In this document: positions 35,001-48,100 of the stretch, piece by piece | How positions within the stretch are numbered: position 1 is the stretch's first letter | Layout: each line of letters begins with the position of its first letter | Assembly (NCBI GenBank): GCA_964036045.1 | Contig: OZ038378.1 | Span: 157,542,001 to 157,606,000, forward strand | DNA: 64,000 nt | From: Eutreptiella sp. 'Long Island Sound 2002' | Taxonomy: Eukaryota > Protista > Euglenida | Direction: 5' to 3' | Notes under the pieces: generated by a model | The model's input: the letters and a program-made list of their open reading frames with translations, nothing else | What the model was told of the DNA's origin: nothing | Databases searched by the model: none | Translations under genes and position numbers: made by a program

Positions 35001-35517
35001 TCCAGCTCACGTGACCATTGCTGATCTGTAAATACCCGCAGCTGTCCTTCGGTGAACTTCGGCCCGCCACGAACCCATGTATTGCCCCTGGTCCGGCCGC
35101 TTTGGTGCATCGTCTTCGGCGGGGGACCGCCATGCCCCCCCCCCCCCCCCCCCCCGAAAAAATTGCTTATCTGAAACCTGTCGAGCCCCGCCCCCACTAT
35201 TTATTGGCCTGGATCCTCTGAATCAGCCTGGATCTGAGCTTGAGGGGTGCATTTCCGGGTGCGGCGATGAACATGCCAATAGTATGAAGGCTCCTGGGTT
35301 GTGACGAGAGACTCGTCTGGCCAGTTGTGTTGCTATGGTGTCATGCATGATCATGCATGATGAACGATTTGCCCGCAGTGTGTGAGAGGCCTCTGCGGGC
35401 CTCCCCGTGTAGCCTTTAGCGATTTGTCTGGTGTCATTTGCACGTGCGGCTACCGAAAGGATCCCCACATGGTGTAGACAGGAAGCCCTGCCTGCCTTGG
35501 CCCTATTTTGCTCGTAG

Positions 35518-36000
35518 TACGGAAGCCGTGGCCACTTGGCTCATGGAATCATTGAAGCCAAATCAGTTGACCCCTTCCTCTTTTTTGGCGGGCCCTTTGG
35601 GGCGGAGGTTGCCATGTTTGCTTTTGCCGACCTTTACCCGCCCTCTGATCTGCCCTGGGGAGGGCCTTTTCCCGCGCAGGGCACCTGCGACTGCGGATGA
35701 CCCCGCTTCGAGGCGTGGCTCGTCCTCCATCCTGACGGATCTGCTGACTACCGAAACAAGATTCAAGATCCAAAGCGTGCATCTGCTGATCGAAACCCGA
35801 CCGTCTCAAGTCGGGTGCCCACAGTTGAAGACGGAGCATTCCTGCTGGAGCGCTGGTTCAGTGGAGGCACTGAGCCGACGCACTGCCGGTTCACTCGAGA
35901 CGGCAACAATTACTTCATGGAGGATTTCTCTGTCGCAGCAGGGAAGCCCAAGCCAACAACAGTGCGTTTTGCGCCCATCAAGCCTAACCAGTCATTCTGA
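35518..36000 (+). CDS. Probable terminal coding exon of an unknown protein with one in-frame TGA (35698-35700)
   Basis: ttttgctcgtag| acceptor; 161 codons of protein-like sequence, YGSRGHLAHG...GTCDCG*PRFEAWLVLHPDG...IKPNQSF*. Confidence 0.45.
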
Positions 36001-37889
36001 GCTCGCGTCGCAACTGTTGCCGTTTGAGCCAATGCTGATTCGGCAAAGCACAGCCGTCATCGGGCCGGCTCTTCGATAGGTTACAGGCGCGAGCTACAAT
36101 CCCATAGCCAGTTTCGGCCACAGCCGACTGACCCTGGGACAATGGCCTCATTCTTTCCTCATTCACCAGAGTTGCCCATACTGCGGATAATCACTTCCAG
36201 TTGCAGACACCCAATTTTTCGACAGGTTGGACGTGAGATCCACATTTTTGGATCAAATTGGCCAGTTTTTTGGCATATCTGTCTCATGCTCTTTTTTTGT
36301 CGTTGTTCTGCCAGTGTTCAGACAGCAATTGTGTTTTGCGATACGTTTCTGGTCCGGTGCGCTTCATTGGTTTGTAATATTTCCTGGGTTGATCCTCATT
36401 CCCTCAGACGCGTCTGTGTCTCACCTTGCCTTTCTGTTTTTTTGCCAGTGATCAGTGACAATGTGTAAGACAGTAATCGCAATGGCCTCATCAGGGGTCC
36501 AAGTAACCCGTCATCAGGTGCCCCTGCTCCCCCGCAATTATGATTTCGGGCCACCGCATCAATTTGTTTCGATGCCTTCGGTCTGCTTCCCTGAGAGCTT
36601 GGCAGCCAGCTGCTGCCTTTTGTCTGTTGCAAGGCAGTTGGGGCTGCATGCAACCAGCTTTGTTGTTTTGTTTGCCTGTGAAGTAGGATGCACAGCCCTT
36701 GGCTGCGCCTCTTCCTTCACAAATCACACTGGACTCTTTTATTGCACCTGAAGACATTGCTGCTGCAGAAAGGCACCTCTCAAAACAAAAAAGTGCAAAG
36801 CCCTGTACTGTATTGATTCACCATATTGCGGCCCGGCAGAAACTCGTTTTTCTCTTTTGTTTTGTAATGTCGTCGCGGTCCCGGCGCCGCGCGTGACCGT
36901 AGCCTAACCCTAACCCCGGTAAATGTTTTTGTGTGCATGTGTTGGTGTCGTGTTGGAAAGAGATACGCACTGTGAACCTTTTTTTTTTTTGAGAACAGGC
37001 GAGTCTGTCTATGGTCTCTCGCCTTTCTGTTCTTGGACTGGGGATCTTGAAGCACATCCACTTTGCAGGAAGATCCGCATATAGACAATGCATGAGGTTT
37101 TGTTCTTGAGCGACGCTACACTCCGTGTCTTGGGATACTTTAGTTATGGGCAATTGTTTAAGGAAGGAGATACTAACACATATGTCTTGATTTTCTGATT
37201 TGAAAAGTTGCTAATTGTCGTATTTAGAAGACGCTAGATGGTATTCCGATTCTGTGATTTGTGGTGCATCAAATATAATTTTAAAGTATGTACAAAATGT
37301 TCATTTATTTGTCTTGTTTTTAGACAACACTCTCAAATATCATTCTTTCACCAGTGCATGTGAAGATTTTGTTGTGCTGTTGTGAGCTATTTTGCAGATG
37401 GATTTGGGGTTGGAGCATAGCATTAGGATTTTGGATTTCGTTTGTGGTGATTAGGCGGTGTGCGGCGTGGCGGTTGCCTACCGCAATAGAGAGCATCAAG
37501 AAGTGTGCCATCTGAGCTATGGGTCAGTGCCTTGTGTTTCGCCAGGTCTCCAGTGTATCATATGAGTCTGATGCCCGCTTTCCAAGAACCGTCTTGAGAA
37601 GTCTGCTTCACTTAAGTTGAGTCAGCCCTCCCCAAAAAATGGTTTGCTGCACATGTTGAGCACCTCGCGGTTCGAGTGTGCTTTTAATGAGGTTATGGCC
37701 CAGGTTTGTGGGCCTCAATAGAACCCCCATGAAGTGAAAGTGAAAGTACATCATGCCAAGTGTTCTCAGTTTGCTCATCAGCACTGATTTGCACTTTTTT
37801 GTCCCTACTGGTTGGCTGTATGTCAATTTCATGCAACGAGCCTTGGGGCAGCACAGAAGTGAGACAAAGCAAGCTAGGAGACACATCTG

Positions 37890-39690
37890 CCCATTTATAT
37901 ACGCACAAGTTTTGTTAGCATTTTAATGACTTTTTTGGAGGGTAAGTTGAAACGGGTTAACATGGTAGACAAAATGCGAATTTTTTTGTATTTTTGGGTA
38001 CTGTTAAATATGGATTTTTCAATGAGCGAAAAAAAACAATGGGTTTTGCATACGAGGTTCGAGGTATGAGGTCCACAAAAATCTGGCCTAAGAAGTTTTC
38101 TATACAGTTGGGAATTTGGTTTTGCCGTTTTCTCCGTTTTTTTTATAGCCACATTTATTGCCCTCATTGCGCATATTGTTATACATTGTGCCAAAAAGGT
38201 AGTTTCGAAAAGATGATTGAACATCTGTGGGCCAGAAAAGAAAATGGGTAAAGGTCGGTGTCACAAAAGTACATGGTTCGGTGGCATTTCAGCGTCTTGT
38301 GGTAGGCATGGTTGAAATTGGTTAACATGGTATGCAAATCCCATTGTTTTCCTTCACCCATTGGTACGTCCACATTGAACAGTACCCAAAAAAAGCAATA
38401 AAAATTTGCATGTTAACCAATTTCAACAATGCCTACCAACCCCAAAAAATCACCTACGTGTTACCAAAACATGTACTTTGTGACAACTATCCGTACCAGC
38501 TCTGTTTTATAGCCCATAGGTGTCCAATTACCCCGTCAAAACCAGCTTTGGCACAATGTATAACAATATATGCAATCACGACAAGAAACCCTCTTGCCAC
38601 AAAAATCTGGTTCAAGAGGGTTTCTATAGAGTTGGGAATGTTGTTTTGCCATTTTCTCCGTTTTTTTTTATAGCCTCATTCTTTACTTTACTTTATTTTA
38701 TATTCTATTACCATGATCGCATCTATTGCATGTAAACCGCCACAGAATGAATGAATGAATGAATGATTGCATGTATTGTTATGCATTGTGCCAAATCATG
38801 GCCCCAACAGGATAATTGGACATTAATGAGTTAGAAAACATAAATGGTGCGGGTAGGTGTCACAAAGTACATGTTTTGGTCACATTTTGGTGCTTTTTGA
38901 TAGTCACAGTTGAAATGGATTAACATGGTAAAAACAATGTGGAATTTTTTTTGCATTTTCCGGTAATATTGAATGTCGACTTACCATTGAGTGAAAAAAA
39001 AAATGTGGGTTGCACAACAATTTTGAGATATGGGGGTCACAAAAATCTTATTCACGAAGGTTTCTATAGACTTGGTAATTTTGTTTTCCCATTTTCTCCG
39101 TTTAATAGCCATATTTATTACCATGATTGACTATATTGCTATACATTGTGCAAAAGGGTGGTTCCAAAAGGATAATTGGACATCTATGGGCTATAAAACA
39201 TAACGGACATGGGTGGTGTCACAAAGTACATGTTTTGGTGACATTTTGGTAATGTTTGGCAGGCATGACTGAAATGGGTTAACATGGCAGAAAAGTGCGA
39301 TTGCTTTTTTTGCATTGTAGGGTACTTTTGAATTGGAACTTTCCAATGAGTTAGAAAAAAAAACAATGGGGTTTGCTTACCAGTTTGAAGATATGGGGCC
39401 CACAAAAATCTGGTTCAAGAGGGTTTCTATATAGTTGGGAATTTTGTTTTGCCATTTTCTCCTATTTCTTTAATTTGTGGCCATCATTGCGTTTATTGCT
39501 ATACATTTTTCTTAAAACTGGCCCCAACAGGATGAATGGACATCTGAGGGCTAGAAAATAGAGCTCGTAAAAGTAGGTGTCACAAAATACATGTTGCGGT
39601 GGGTTTTTGGTGACTTCTCGTACGCATGGCTGAAATGGTTTAACTTGGTAAAAAAAATGCAAAATCACCCGGCAGATATTGTTAGATCAA
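37890..39690. repeat. Degenerate AT-rich ~360-bp satellite with an internally inverted unit (~38340-38580); a further unit lies at ~43950-44290
   Basis: Recurrent aatgag..aaaaaaacaatggg, aaaatctggttcaagagggtttctata and ggtgtcacaaagtacatgttttgg; two anchors at 38987 and 39347 give a 360-bp period. Confidence 0.85.
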
Positions 39691-40365
39691 AGCCAAGCAG
39701 CGTAGATCTGAGAAAACGCCACAGACCCCCCCCCCCGTTTTGGCCCCTTTTGGGCCTATGCGCATACCCTACCCCAAGGGGTTGAATTGTTAGTTTAAGC
39801 CTTCATAAGATCATTATTTTGTCCAATGAAGGCATCCCCCAATGAGGTTTTGGTCCCGACACCCCCAAGTCCCCCCCACTTGAAACCTACGTTTTGAAGC
39901 TTTTGAGGGAGGTGGGGGGTGAGGGGGTGGGGTCAAAAAATGACCCACCTTTTTTTTTGGTCGAAAATCATGAATCTTTTAGTTTTTTCTCGACTTTGAG
40001 CGGAAAAAGTGTTTCGGCTCCCGACTCCATGGGGTTTCTATGGGGCGGAGTGGGATGAGCATTGATGCAGTTTTTGCTATGTTGGCGGTTTTGGCGGCCT
40101 CGTTGACCACGTATTACGCACTGTGAGGGGTGTGACTGGGGATGTTGTGATAGTATATACCTACTAGAATACGAAAAGACGTATTTTGCAGTCTCCAGCC
40201 TTGTTCAGGGCCGGTCAAAAGCCGTGCCAAGCGCGCAAAATGAACGTTTCTACCACTAATGAGTGAATTGGCCAGTGCACAACCTACTTGTGCAGTTTTT
40301 CAGCCTATACATATCAAAGATTGAAGTTTTGAAACTTTTTTTTTCATATAGTCATCACCTAAAAT

Positions 40366-41310
40366 TAAGGTTTGTAAACCGTTCTAGTGAATAACCGATT
40401 AATCGATTTGTCGCCGATTATCATCGATAAGATTATAAAAATTGCATTGAATCGGTTATTTTTTTCAAAAAAAATTGCTATCGCGTGGATTATTCAATCA
40501 GAAATGCCGCTGCGGAGCGTGCCGCAAAGACCGCGTACTGTCAGAGTTATAACAGGAAAAAATTGCTGGCAGCAGGGTTTGAAAGTATGGTCCATGCCGT
40601 GAGAGTGGCATGCATTTCCGCTAAGCTAGCTTCTCCCTCTACACCTGTTGCAGGGGAGCAGTCAGATCGCACCAACAGAAAATTGCAGCATTGCGATCCA
40701 TACCAAAAATGCAACAGATACAATGTCCCCTCAATATCATTGACCACAGGTTTGGCAACACTCTTCCCACGGCATCCCATTTCACACATACAAAAAAAGC
40801 ACCAAAAGGAGACAAATTTGGAGCACTGATGCAGATGTGAAATATTTGAAATCGTGCAGTGAAATAAAGCTACATCATCACTGATGTCACACTTTGGCGA
40901 CATCACCCATGAGGTCACTGGGTCACAGAAAAAAGTTGAAAAAACCTTTTTCAATTGGAAAAAATTCTTTTGATTCCAAAAATGTTTTGATTCCAAAAGA
41001 TTCAGATTGAGGAAAAAAATTTCATTGGAAAACATGTCACTGGGTGAAAGAAATTAGTTAAAAAAAGAAAAAAATTCTAATTTGGTACTTCTCGAAAAAT
41101 AGTTGAAATTGTGTTCCGGTTGCTAGTTCAAGGAACGTCAATGCACCAAAAATAAGCCACCAACCAGAAACAACCGATTATTCGGAGAAAACCGGTTAAT
41201 CGGATCAATTAAATACAACAATTGCATCGAAACGCATTGAATTTGTTATTTTTTTAAATATTAATCGGAGAAAACCGGTGATCTTTTGTTTGGGGAGGTT
41301 ACAAACCTTA
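40366..41310. mobile_element. 945-bp hAT-like non-autonomous transposon
   Basis: 12-bp TIR taaggtttgtaa/ttacaaacctta; 8-bp TSD cctaaaat/cctaagat (1 mismatch); subterminal aaccgatt/aatcgg motifs typical of hAT ends. Confidence 0.7.
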
Positions 41311-42367
41311 CCTAAGATGACGATCTAGGCTATGTAAAGCATGTTTTAGGCAGTATTTCGGTCTTTTTCACCTGATTTGGGTATTGGGCGCACTTGCGGG
41401 GCTGAGGAGTCTCCCAAGGGATTTGTACACAACCTGCTTGTGCAGCTTTCCCCCCTGGATATTCCAAAATCGAAGTTTCCGAAACTTTTGATATTGTAAT
41501 CACTGAATATGACCATACAAAGTGTGTAAAGCATATTTTAGGCCATCTTTAGGTGTTTGTCAGCCAACTTGGGTGTTGGGTGCGGGTTGCGGGGGGGTTC
41601 AAACGGGATCTGCTTGTGTAGTTTTTCACACTCGGCAGCTCAAAAACGGAAGCTTCCGAAACTTGTATCTTTGATATCTTGATCCCCTGAAACCACCATC
41701 CAAAACATGCCAAGCATGATGTAGCCCGGATTTATGTAGTTTTCCCCCTATTTTGAATGTGTGTTGCTACGAGCAGATTCCCTGCGACATGCACTTTTCG
41801 AAGGCAATAGAATTCTTTTTTGCATTTTTGGGTACCATTGAACGTGGACTTTTCAATGGTCGTGTACTTGTTTTTTTTAGATGCAGATTATTTTTTTCTA
41901 GAGGTTATATTTCCTTTAGCCAGAAAATAATCCCCATTAAAAAGATATTGTGCGCTCAAAAGTATTTTGCGCTAAAAAGCTACAGAGACATCCTTTTTCG
42001 GCGCGCAGATTTTTTTTTTTAATGCAAATGCCGCAACTTTCACAAGTGGTCAAACAATTCTTATCGGCGATTCCCTAGGCACCTGTGGGGGAACGTGGTC
42101 TGTGTGGGGATCCGATGACGGCACGGGTGATGAAGCAAGTTTCATTTTGATGCCCTCCCCCCATAAGCTTGGATTTACACCCTTGCTTCGCCCATTTCTA
42201 CCCTTTTTGTGCATTCCCACTACATGCACTCTTTTTCTGGGTTGATTGCTCCGCGCCCGCAGGGGACGCTGACTTGTGAAGCTTGACACCAACCCCCCCA
42301 CCCCACCCCTCCAGACCCGTTCTGGAGTGCCAGATTAGCAAGACGAGGCGCTATACAAATGTCGTCT

Positions 42368-42775
42368 GCTCAGAGAACAGGGGTCTTCCTTCGTTGCGGG
42401 ACCTCTGCAAAGAGTTCATCCCAAAGGATTACAGATACTATCTGAGTGTTGTAAAGTAGGGTACTCAGCCACCTTGGCCAGAGCCCATGTGCAAAGATTC
42501 ATTTGCTCAGAGAACAGGGGTCTTCCTTCGCTGGGGAACCTATGCAGAAAGTTCATCGCAAAGAATCACAGGTATTATCTGAATGTTGTAAAGTAGGGTA
42601 CTCAGCCACCTTGGCCGGAGCCTATGTGGACAGATCCATCTCCTTAGAGAACAGAGGTCTTCCTCCGCTGGGGGACCTATGCAAAGAGGTCATTTGAAAG
42701 GATCATACATAATGCCTCAATTTTGTTAAGTAGGGTACTAAACCACCTTGGCCAGAGCCTAGGGGCACAATTTCA
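42368..42775. repeat. Three degenerate 137-bp tandem units
   Basis: gctcagagaacaggggtcttcc..gtaaagtagggtactcagccaccttggcc at 42368, 42505 and ~42642. Confidence 0.85.
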
Positions 42776-45139
42776 AGGGTTGGGGTAAAGTGCTCGTAGT
42801 GGAGGGCTTTGAGTGCACAATCAAGTGGCAGACAGAAAAGAAACCCAGTTTCCATTCTATTACAAATGTGTTTCGTAATGCTTTTCATAGCATTCCAATT
42901 TCGGATAGGCCCCTTTGTATCTGGGGTCTGACCACGAAGCCAGCGACCCAAAAACCTCCCTACGCTCAGCTGCTGAGCAGAATACCCAAACGCGGAGTGA
43001 TCCAGCCAGGCTTTTTTTGCTCATTTCTTCTTAAGTACCACGTGCCACCCACGTGGCTGTGCTGCAGTGTCTCACAGCCCTAGTTATCAACTCCGTACAG
43101 CCGTGCATCCCAACACAACAGTTCGTGCATTTTCTGCGGCTTTCGCAATCTTCCCAGTAGGTCCCAAGTTCCAGATTCCTTGCTCAGACTTTGTTCACAG
43201 GCATTATTCGATGCACAAAGACTAGTGGTTTTGCTTACGTGAGGTGGTCTTCAAGCACTACTCAGCCGGTTCACAATTTTGCCCATAATTTCATGCTGAA
43301 GTGTTGCTCTTTCCAAATGTTATTAGATGGTGGGTCAACATAGGCCGACCAAGGTGCATCCAGGGAGGGATGCTGGTTCTGTATTTGTTTGGGTCATGAC
43401 CAAAAATCCATGGCACTCTAGCCCTTGTCCATCCCTTTTGCATCAGTTGCAAAATGATAGGTTCCTACGCCGTCAAGTGGGTTGCATTATCCATCATCGT
43501 CACGTAATCTAAAGTGTACTGCGACAGCACGTTTGGAAAATGCACCTAGCATCAGGCAATCTTGTTGACAGAGGTGTCATGCTAGGTGTCATGGTGTCGC
43601 TAGATGCAACGAACAATGTGAATCATCGGTTTCTATTGCATATTGCTGTTAGGGGCAGGGCAGGGGCGTGAGGGTAGCGTTATCCGTTGTTGTAATTTTT
43701 TTTGATGCGGATAATTTTTTTTAGAAGGTGTATTTTTTTTTTAGATCCCGGAGTCCGTTCCTGAAGCGTTGTTTTATTTTTTTTAACATTTGCAGCGGAT
43801 TATTTTTTAGAGAGCCACCTAAAATTTTAGTCACTTGTGACATTTTTTTAGACGTTTTGTATTAAATTTTAGATATTTTGTATTTTTGTTTAGAGGTTCT
43901 AAAATATTTTCGCATCTAAAAAAATATTATCGCACCTAAAAAAAACATTTTCCCCTTTTCAATGAGCGAACAAAAAACAATGGGGTTTGCATACCAGCTT
44001 GGAGATATGGGGGCCACAAAATCTGGTTCAAGAGGGTTTCTATAGAGTTGGGATTTTTTTTGCCATTTTCTCCGTTTTTTTTAATAGGCACATTTATTTC
44101 CATGATTGCATATATTGTTATACATTGTGCTTAAAAGGTGGTTCCAACAGGATGTTTGGACATCTATGGGCTAGAAAACATAGCCGGTACGGGTAGGTGT
44201 CACAAAGTACATGTTTTGGTAGCATTTTGGTGATTTTTGGGAAAGCATTGTTGAAATTGGTCAACATGGTGAGAAAATTGTGAAATAATTTTTTTGTGCT
44301 TTTGGGTGTTTGGTTCTTCCCACATGAATTTTTGCGCTGAGTGTTCACTTTGGGGTTCGTATTCGACCGAAGGGGAGAGACGCAGCTGAAGGTCACTCCC
44401 GAAGGGAACGTTCACTTGTTGTTGCTGGAGATGAACATGCAGTGAACATGGAGCGGCTCAGTACCATCGGAATCCCAAACCGGAGGGGGAAGCCACCCCC
44501 CGTGCCACTGCACCCACTCCTAGCATCCTGTCCGGGCTGAGCAGGCTGTGTACAGGCGCTGCAGGCGCCATGAACACTAGAAGAAGTGAAAGACGCCCGA
44601 GAGGCAATGCCTGACGTGGCTGTGGGCGCGATCAGTAACAGGTTGGACCTTCACGGGCGCCCAGGTATGGCGCTGAGGGTGGCTGGAGGAGCCACACGTG
44701 GTCCAATGCGGTAATGGGGAGGGCGAATATTCACAGAACTGCGACTCGCTCTGTTGCCGTGCCTTATATTGGTGAAGGAACAGGAGGAAGGAAAATGAGA
44801 AATTCGCTGGCACAGCAGAGGGTTGCGCTGATGGATGTTGGCGTTGAGTTGCTGAAAACGGCGCGGTGGTGGGAGTGCTAAAGATATTCAGGTGGGAAAG
44901 GGGGGGGCTACCCAGAGGTGTCAAACTGCAGAAAGCCGCCCTGAAAACAATTTGTCGACCCCATCCCGTGCTGGGACAGTGTGGAGGCAGGACCCATTAG
45001 AGTACGTCAGAGTCAAAAGGGGGGGTGCACTCGTGTGGAGGCCAGGGGTGTAACGTGCGCAAGGTTGTCGTGTGTGCAGGTGTCAACCTGCTTGAGGGAC
45101 CCGGGGATGGTCGATCAGGCTCAATGCGCGCAACGGAAC

Positions 45140-48100
45140 CTTGGGAAGTTATGTATCCAGTGATTGGTGAGGAGGAAGGCCCTTCATTTCGAGGGTGGCT
45201 GTAGTACATGCGAAGGTGAGTCAGGTTCAGACGGGACAGGAAGACGTGGCAGCACGGAGTCCACAGAGCGTTGCAATGCGGGCAGTCCGTATGGAGCTGG
45301 AGGACGGGGGCATGCTGCAGCTGCGTTGCTGGCTGGTGTTGTTGCTTGGGGGGGGGGGGGGAGAACAGTGTGGTGTGTCGGCCTGTGCTTGGGAAGCGGT
45401 GTCTCTCGCCACACGAATCGCAATAAATGCAAAATGTCCTCCACAGCATCCGGGGACTGAGGCAATGCGCAGCGCAAAAGAAATCAATGCAAATATTCTG
45501 ATACACCGCTAAAAAAAACATGGTTGCAAGTAAATGTTTCGACACATGCCGCTGGAACACAGAGCCGGTAAGGGTGTGCCTCACAATGTATATGTGTGTG
45601 TGCCCCTTTGGCGGTTCAGGCGGTGCTGGGTGTCAACGAGGGTTGACAGGCGGCGGCTGGCGGTGACGGGTGGTGGCTGGCGGTTCCGGGTTGTGATGGG
45701 CGGTGGTGGGTGATGTTCAGTGGTGACAGGCATAAACATGTGGTGACAGGCGTGCACCGCGCTGACGGGTGGTGACGGCGGTGACGGGCAGTGATGGGCG
45801 GTGATGCGCAAGGAACGGGCGGTGGAAGGAACACGCAGCAACGTATGAAAAATACGACTTTTGACATTTTCGGGTCCTATTTGATGTGGACGCTCCAACG
45901 AACAGACGGCGGCCCAAAGGCCCAGGACCCACGGCACCACCGCGACAGCCAATGTGACGTCGAAGAGGAACGGCGACGCGTACACGTGACTGGCCGCCAG
46001 CGGGACGCGGGGGGCGTGGTGGTCCGGTGGCACAGCGGCCGGCGCAAGTCGCCGCTCACCGCGTCCAACCGTGGCCCCCAGGGCCTGTGCTGCTCCAAAC
46101 AGTTCGTGGAGCGGTCGGAGGCGTCGCTGTCGGTGCCGTAGAGCACCAACGAAATGTCGGGCGTGGCGGCGCCGGGGCCCTTGGGGACAGCCCGCATACA
46201 TGCACCCACTGGGTCTCCAGTTCAAGAACAAACGCGACGGAGGAGCACAGCAGCTGCGTCTCGGGGGAACGGTCCCCGGGGTACACTGCCATGCGGAAGG
46301 AGAACTGCGTCACGCTCTCGCAGGCCAGCACCGCACGGCAGCCCGGGGACACGGCCGTGAGGTCGGCGGGGGTGAGAGTGAGCAGAGCACCTGAGCACAG
46401 CAAAGCGGGCGTACCAACTCGCTCGCATCAATGAACAAAGTATGTCATACGTAGGGAACCGCAAAGCAGTGCACGTTTGTATGTTTTTGTGTTTTATTAT
46501 TGATATCATTGTTTTGTAGATATGCGATGAGATGAGTTGACAATACATCAAAGAGATTTGCGATCTGGGCAATATAGTTCATGTCTGTGGTGTTCTTGGG
46601 TTGCGCCGTGCCAGGGAGCCCTGTATGTGGGCTACACAAAATCGCAACCTACGTACACGCGCACGCATGATGGCAAACAGTCCTACTATCACCCGATCAC
46701 GCGGTTGCGCGAAACCAAAACTACAGCAGTAGCTACCCTCGCCCCCCCCCTGTCCATCCCCCCCACAGGGACGACGGTTCCCCCTGTGTGACATATGGTC
46801 CATATGTGGTTTCTTTACGGGACCCTGGACAGTCACCCGTTTATTCTTCACCACATGATGCAGTGTCGATCTTCTCCTGAAGGCCCGCCAAGCCGCTGTC
46901 TTGACCCCACCATTTCTGTTTCTCCATCGGCTGCGGGTTGGGGTGCTCAAGGCATGAAGGATCCATACGGCGTTAACCTTCGCTCAGCCCCCCGACCGGT
47001 GGTGTGGCACCCGTACTGCAGGCCCCCGGTGGCGGTCGCGGCGATCACCCCCGCCGGTTCGCTCAAGCGAAATCTGTCACTCACCCCCAGAGGGTCTGCT
47101 ACGCCCTATCAGGAGGACCCCAAGAGCTGGACTCAACTGAGCACAGCGGTGCCTGGCTCCCGGCGACGGGCGGGACCCATCCCAAGGATTCCAGAATCCC
47201 CCCCGCCCCCCCCGAAGGAACTCTGGGCTATGGCACGTGTGCACAGGCGGCAAACAGCACAAAAGCGCAGAAAGAAAATGGGCTCGTCAGTGGCCTACAA
47301 GACCATAGGTACCTTTCTGTCACAGAACATGAGACACGAAGATGCCTGTGGGTGGGCCACAGAGATGCAAAGCAGTGGATGTGCAGCGGTATGCCAGTGG
47401 CTGACGCTAAGCTTTACCCACCGGACCTGTAAATTCGACCTGCTTTCCGAGTTCATAAGACAGGAAAAGGAGATGCCCCCCCCCCGACCGCCCCTTTGGT
47501 GTCGGGTCCTGCACCGCGCCAGCCCCCATGCACCCAACACCAACACACGCTCCTCCGGTCCAACCCCCCAAACCTCTAACAGGACCCCTGACCCAGGCAG
47601 GGAAGGCGAAGGAAGGGAGAACACACTCCACCAAAGACAATTCACCCGGAAAAAGGGGGAGGGGGGTTGCCTGTCGCCTGCACCGTCAGGGAAACCCCTG
47701 CTGGGCATGCGGGCATGCCTTGCTCAGAAGGTGGGGGCTGGGGGGGGGGGGGGTGGCCGGGCGGGGGGCACCACTACTCCCGGGGCTGAACCAAAGGCGG
47801 TGAAGGCGCCGTGTTTCCAGACACCGAACCACGAGGGCCGGCGCGGTGCAGTGTACGACACCAAAAGGGGGTGGGAACACACTTGGGGATGCCAGAATGC
47901 CCGGCCCCCCCCCTCCCCTGTGTGACATATGGTCCATCGGTGGTTTCTTTACGGGGCAGTCACCCGTTTATTCTTCACCGCATGATGCAGTGTGGATCTT
48001 CTCCTGAAGGTCTGCCAAGCCGCTGTCTTGACCCCACCATTTCTGTGTCCCCATTGGCTGCGGGTTGGGGTGGTCAAGGCATGAAGGATCCATACGGCGT

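Noticed and set aside
34962-35020. Box C/D snoRNA (ATGATGA..CTGA) with an 11-nt match (ccagctcacgt) to conserved LSU rRNA
   Set aside because: The complementary stretch is not adjacent to the D box, and the sequence is part of a repeat whose other copy (33686) lacks the C box
35438-36079. 213-aa ORF as the real product; MsrB from the CG*PRF (~CGWPSF) motif
   Set aside because: The listed frame has Ser/Thr/Arg-rich shadow composition; no other MsrB motifs (CxxC, GHVF, RYCINS) are present
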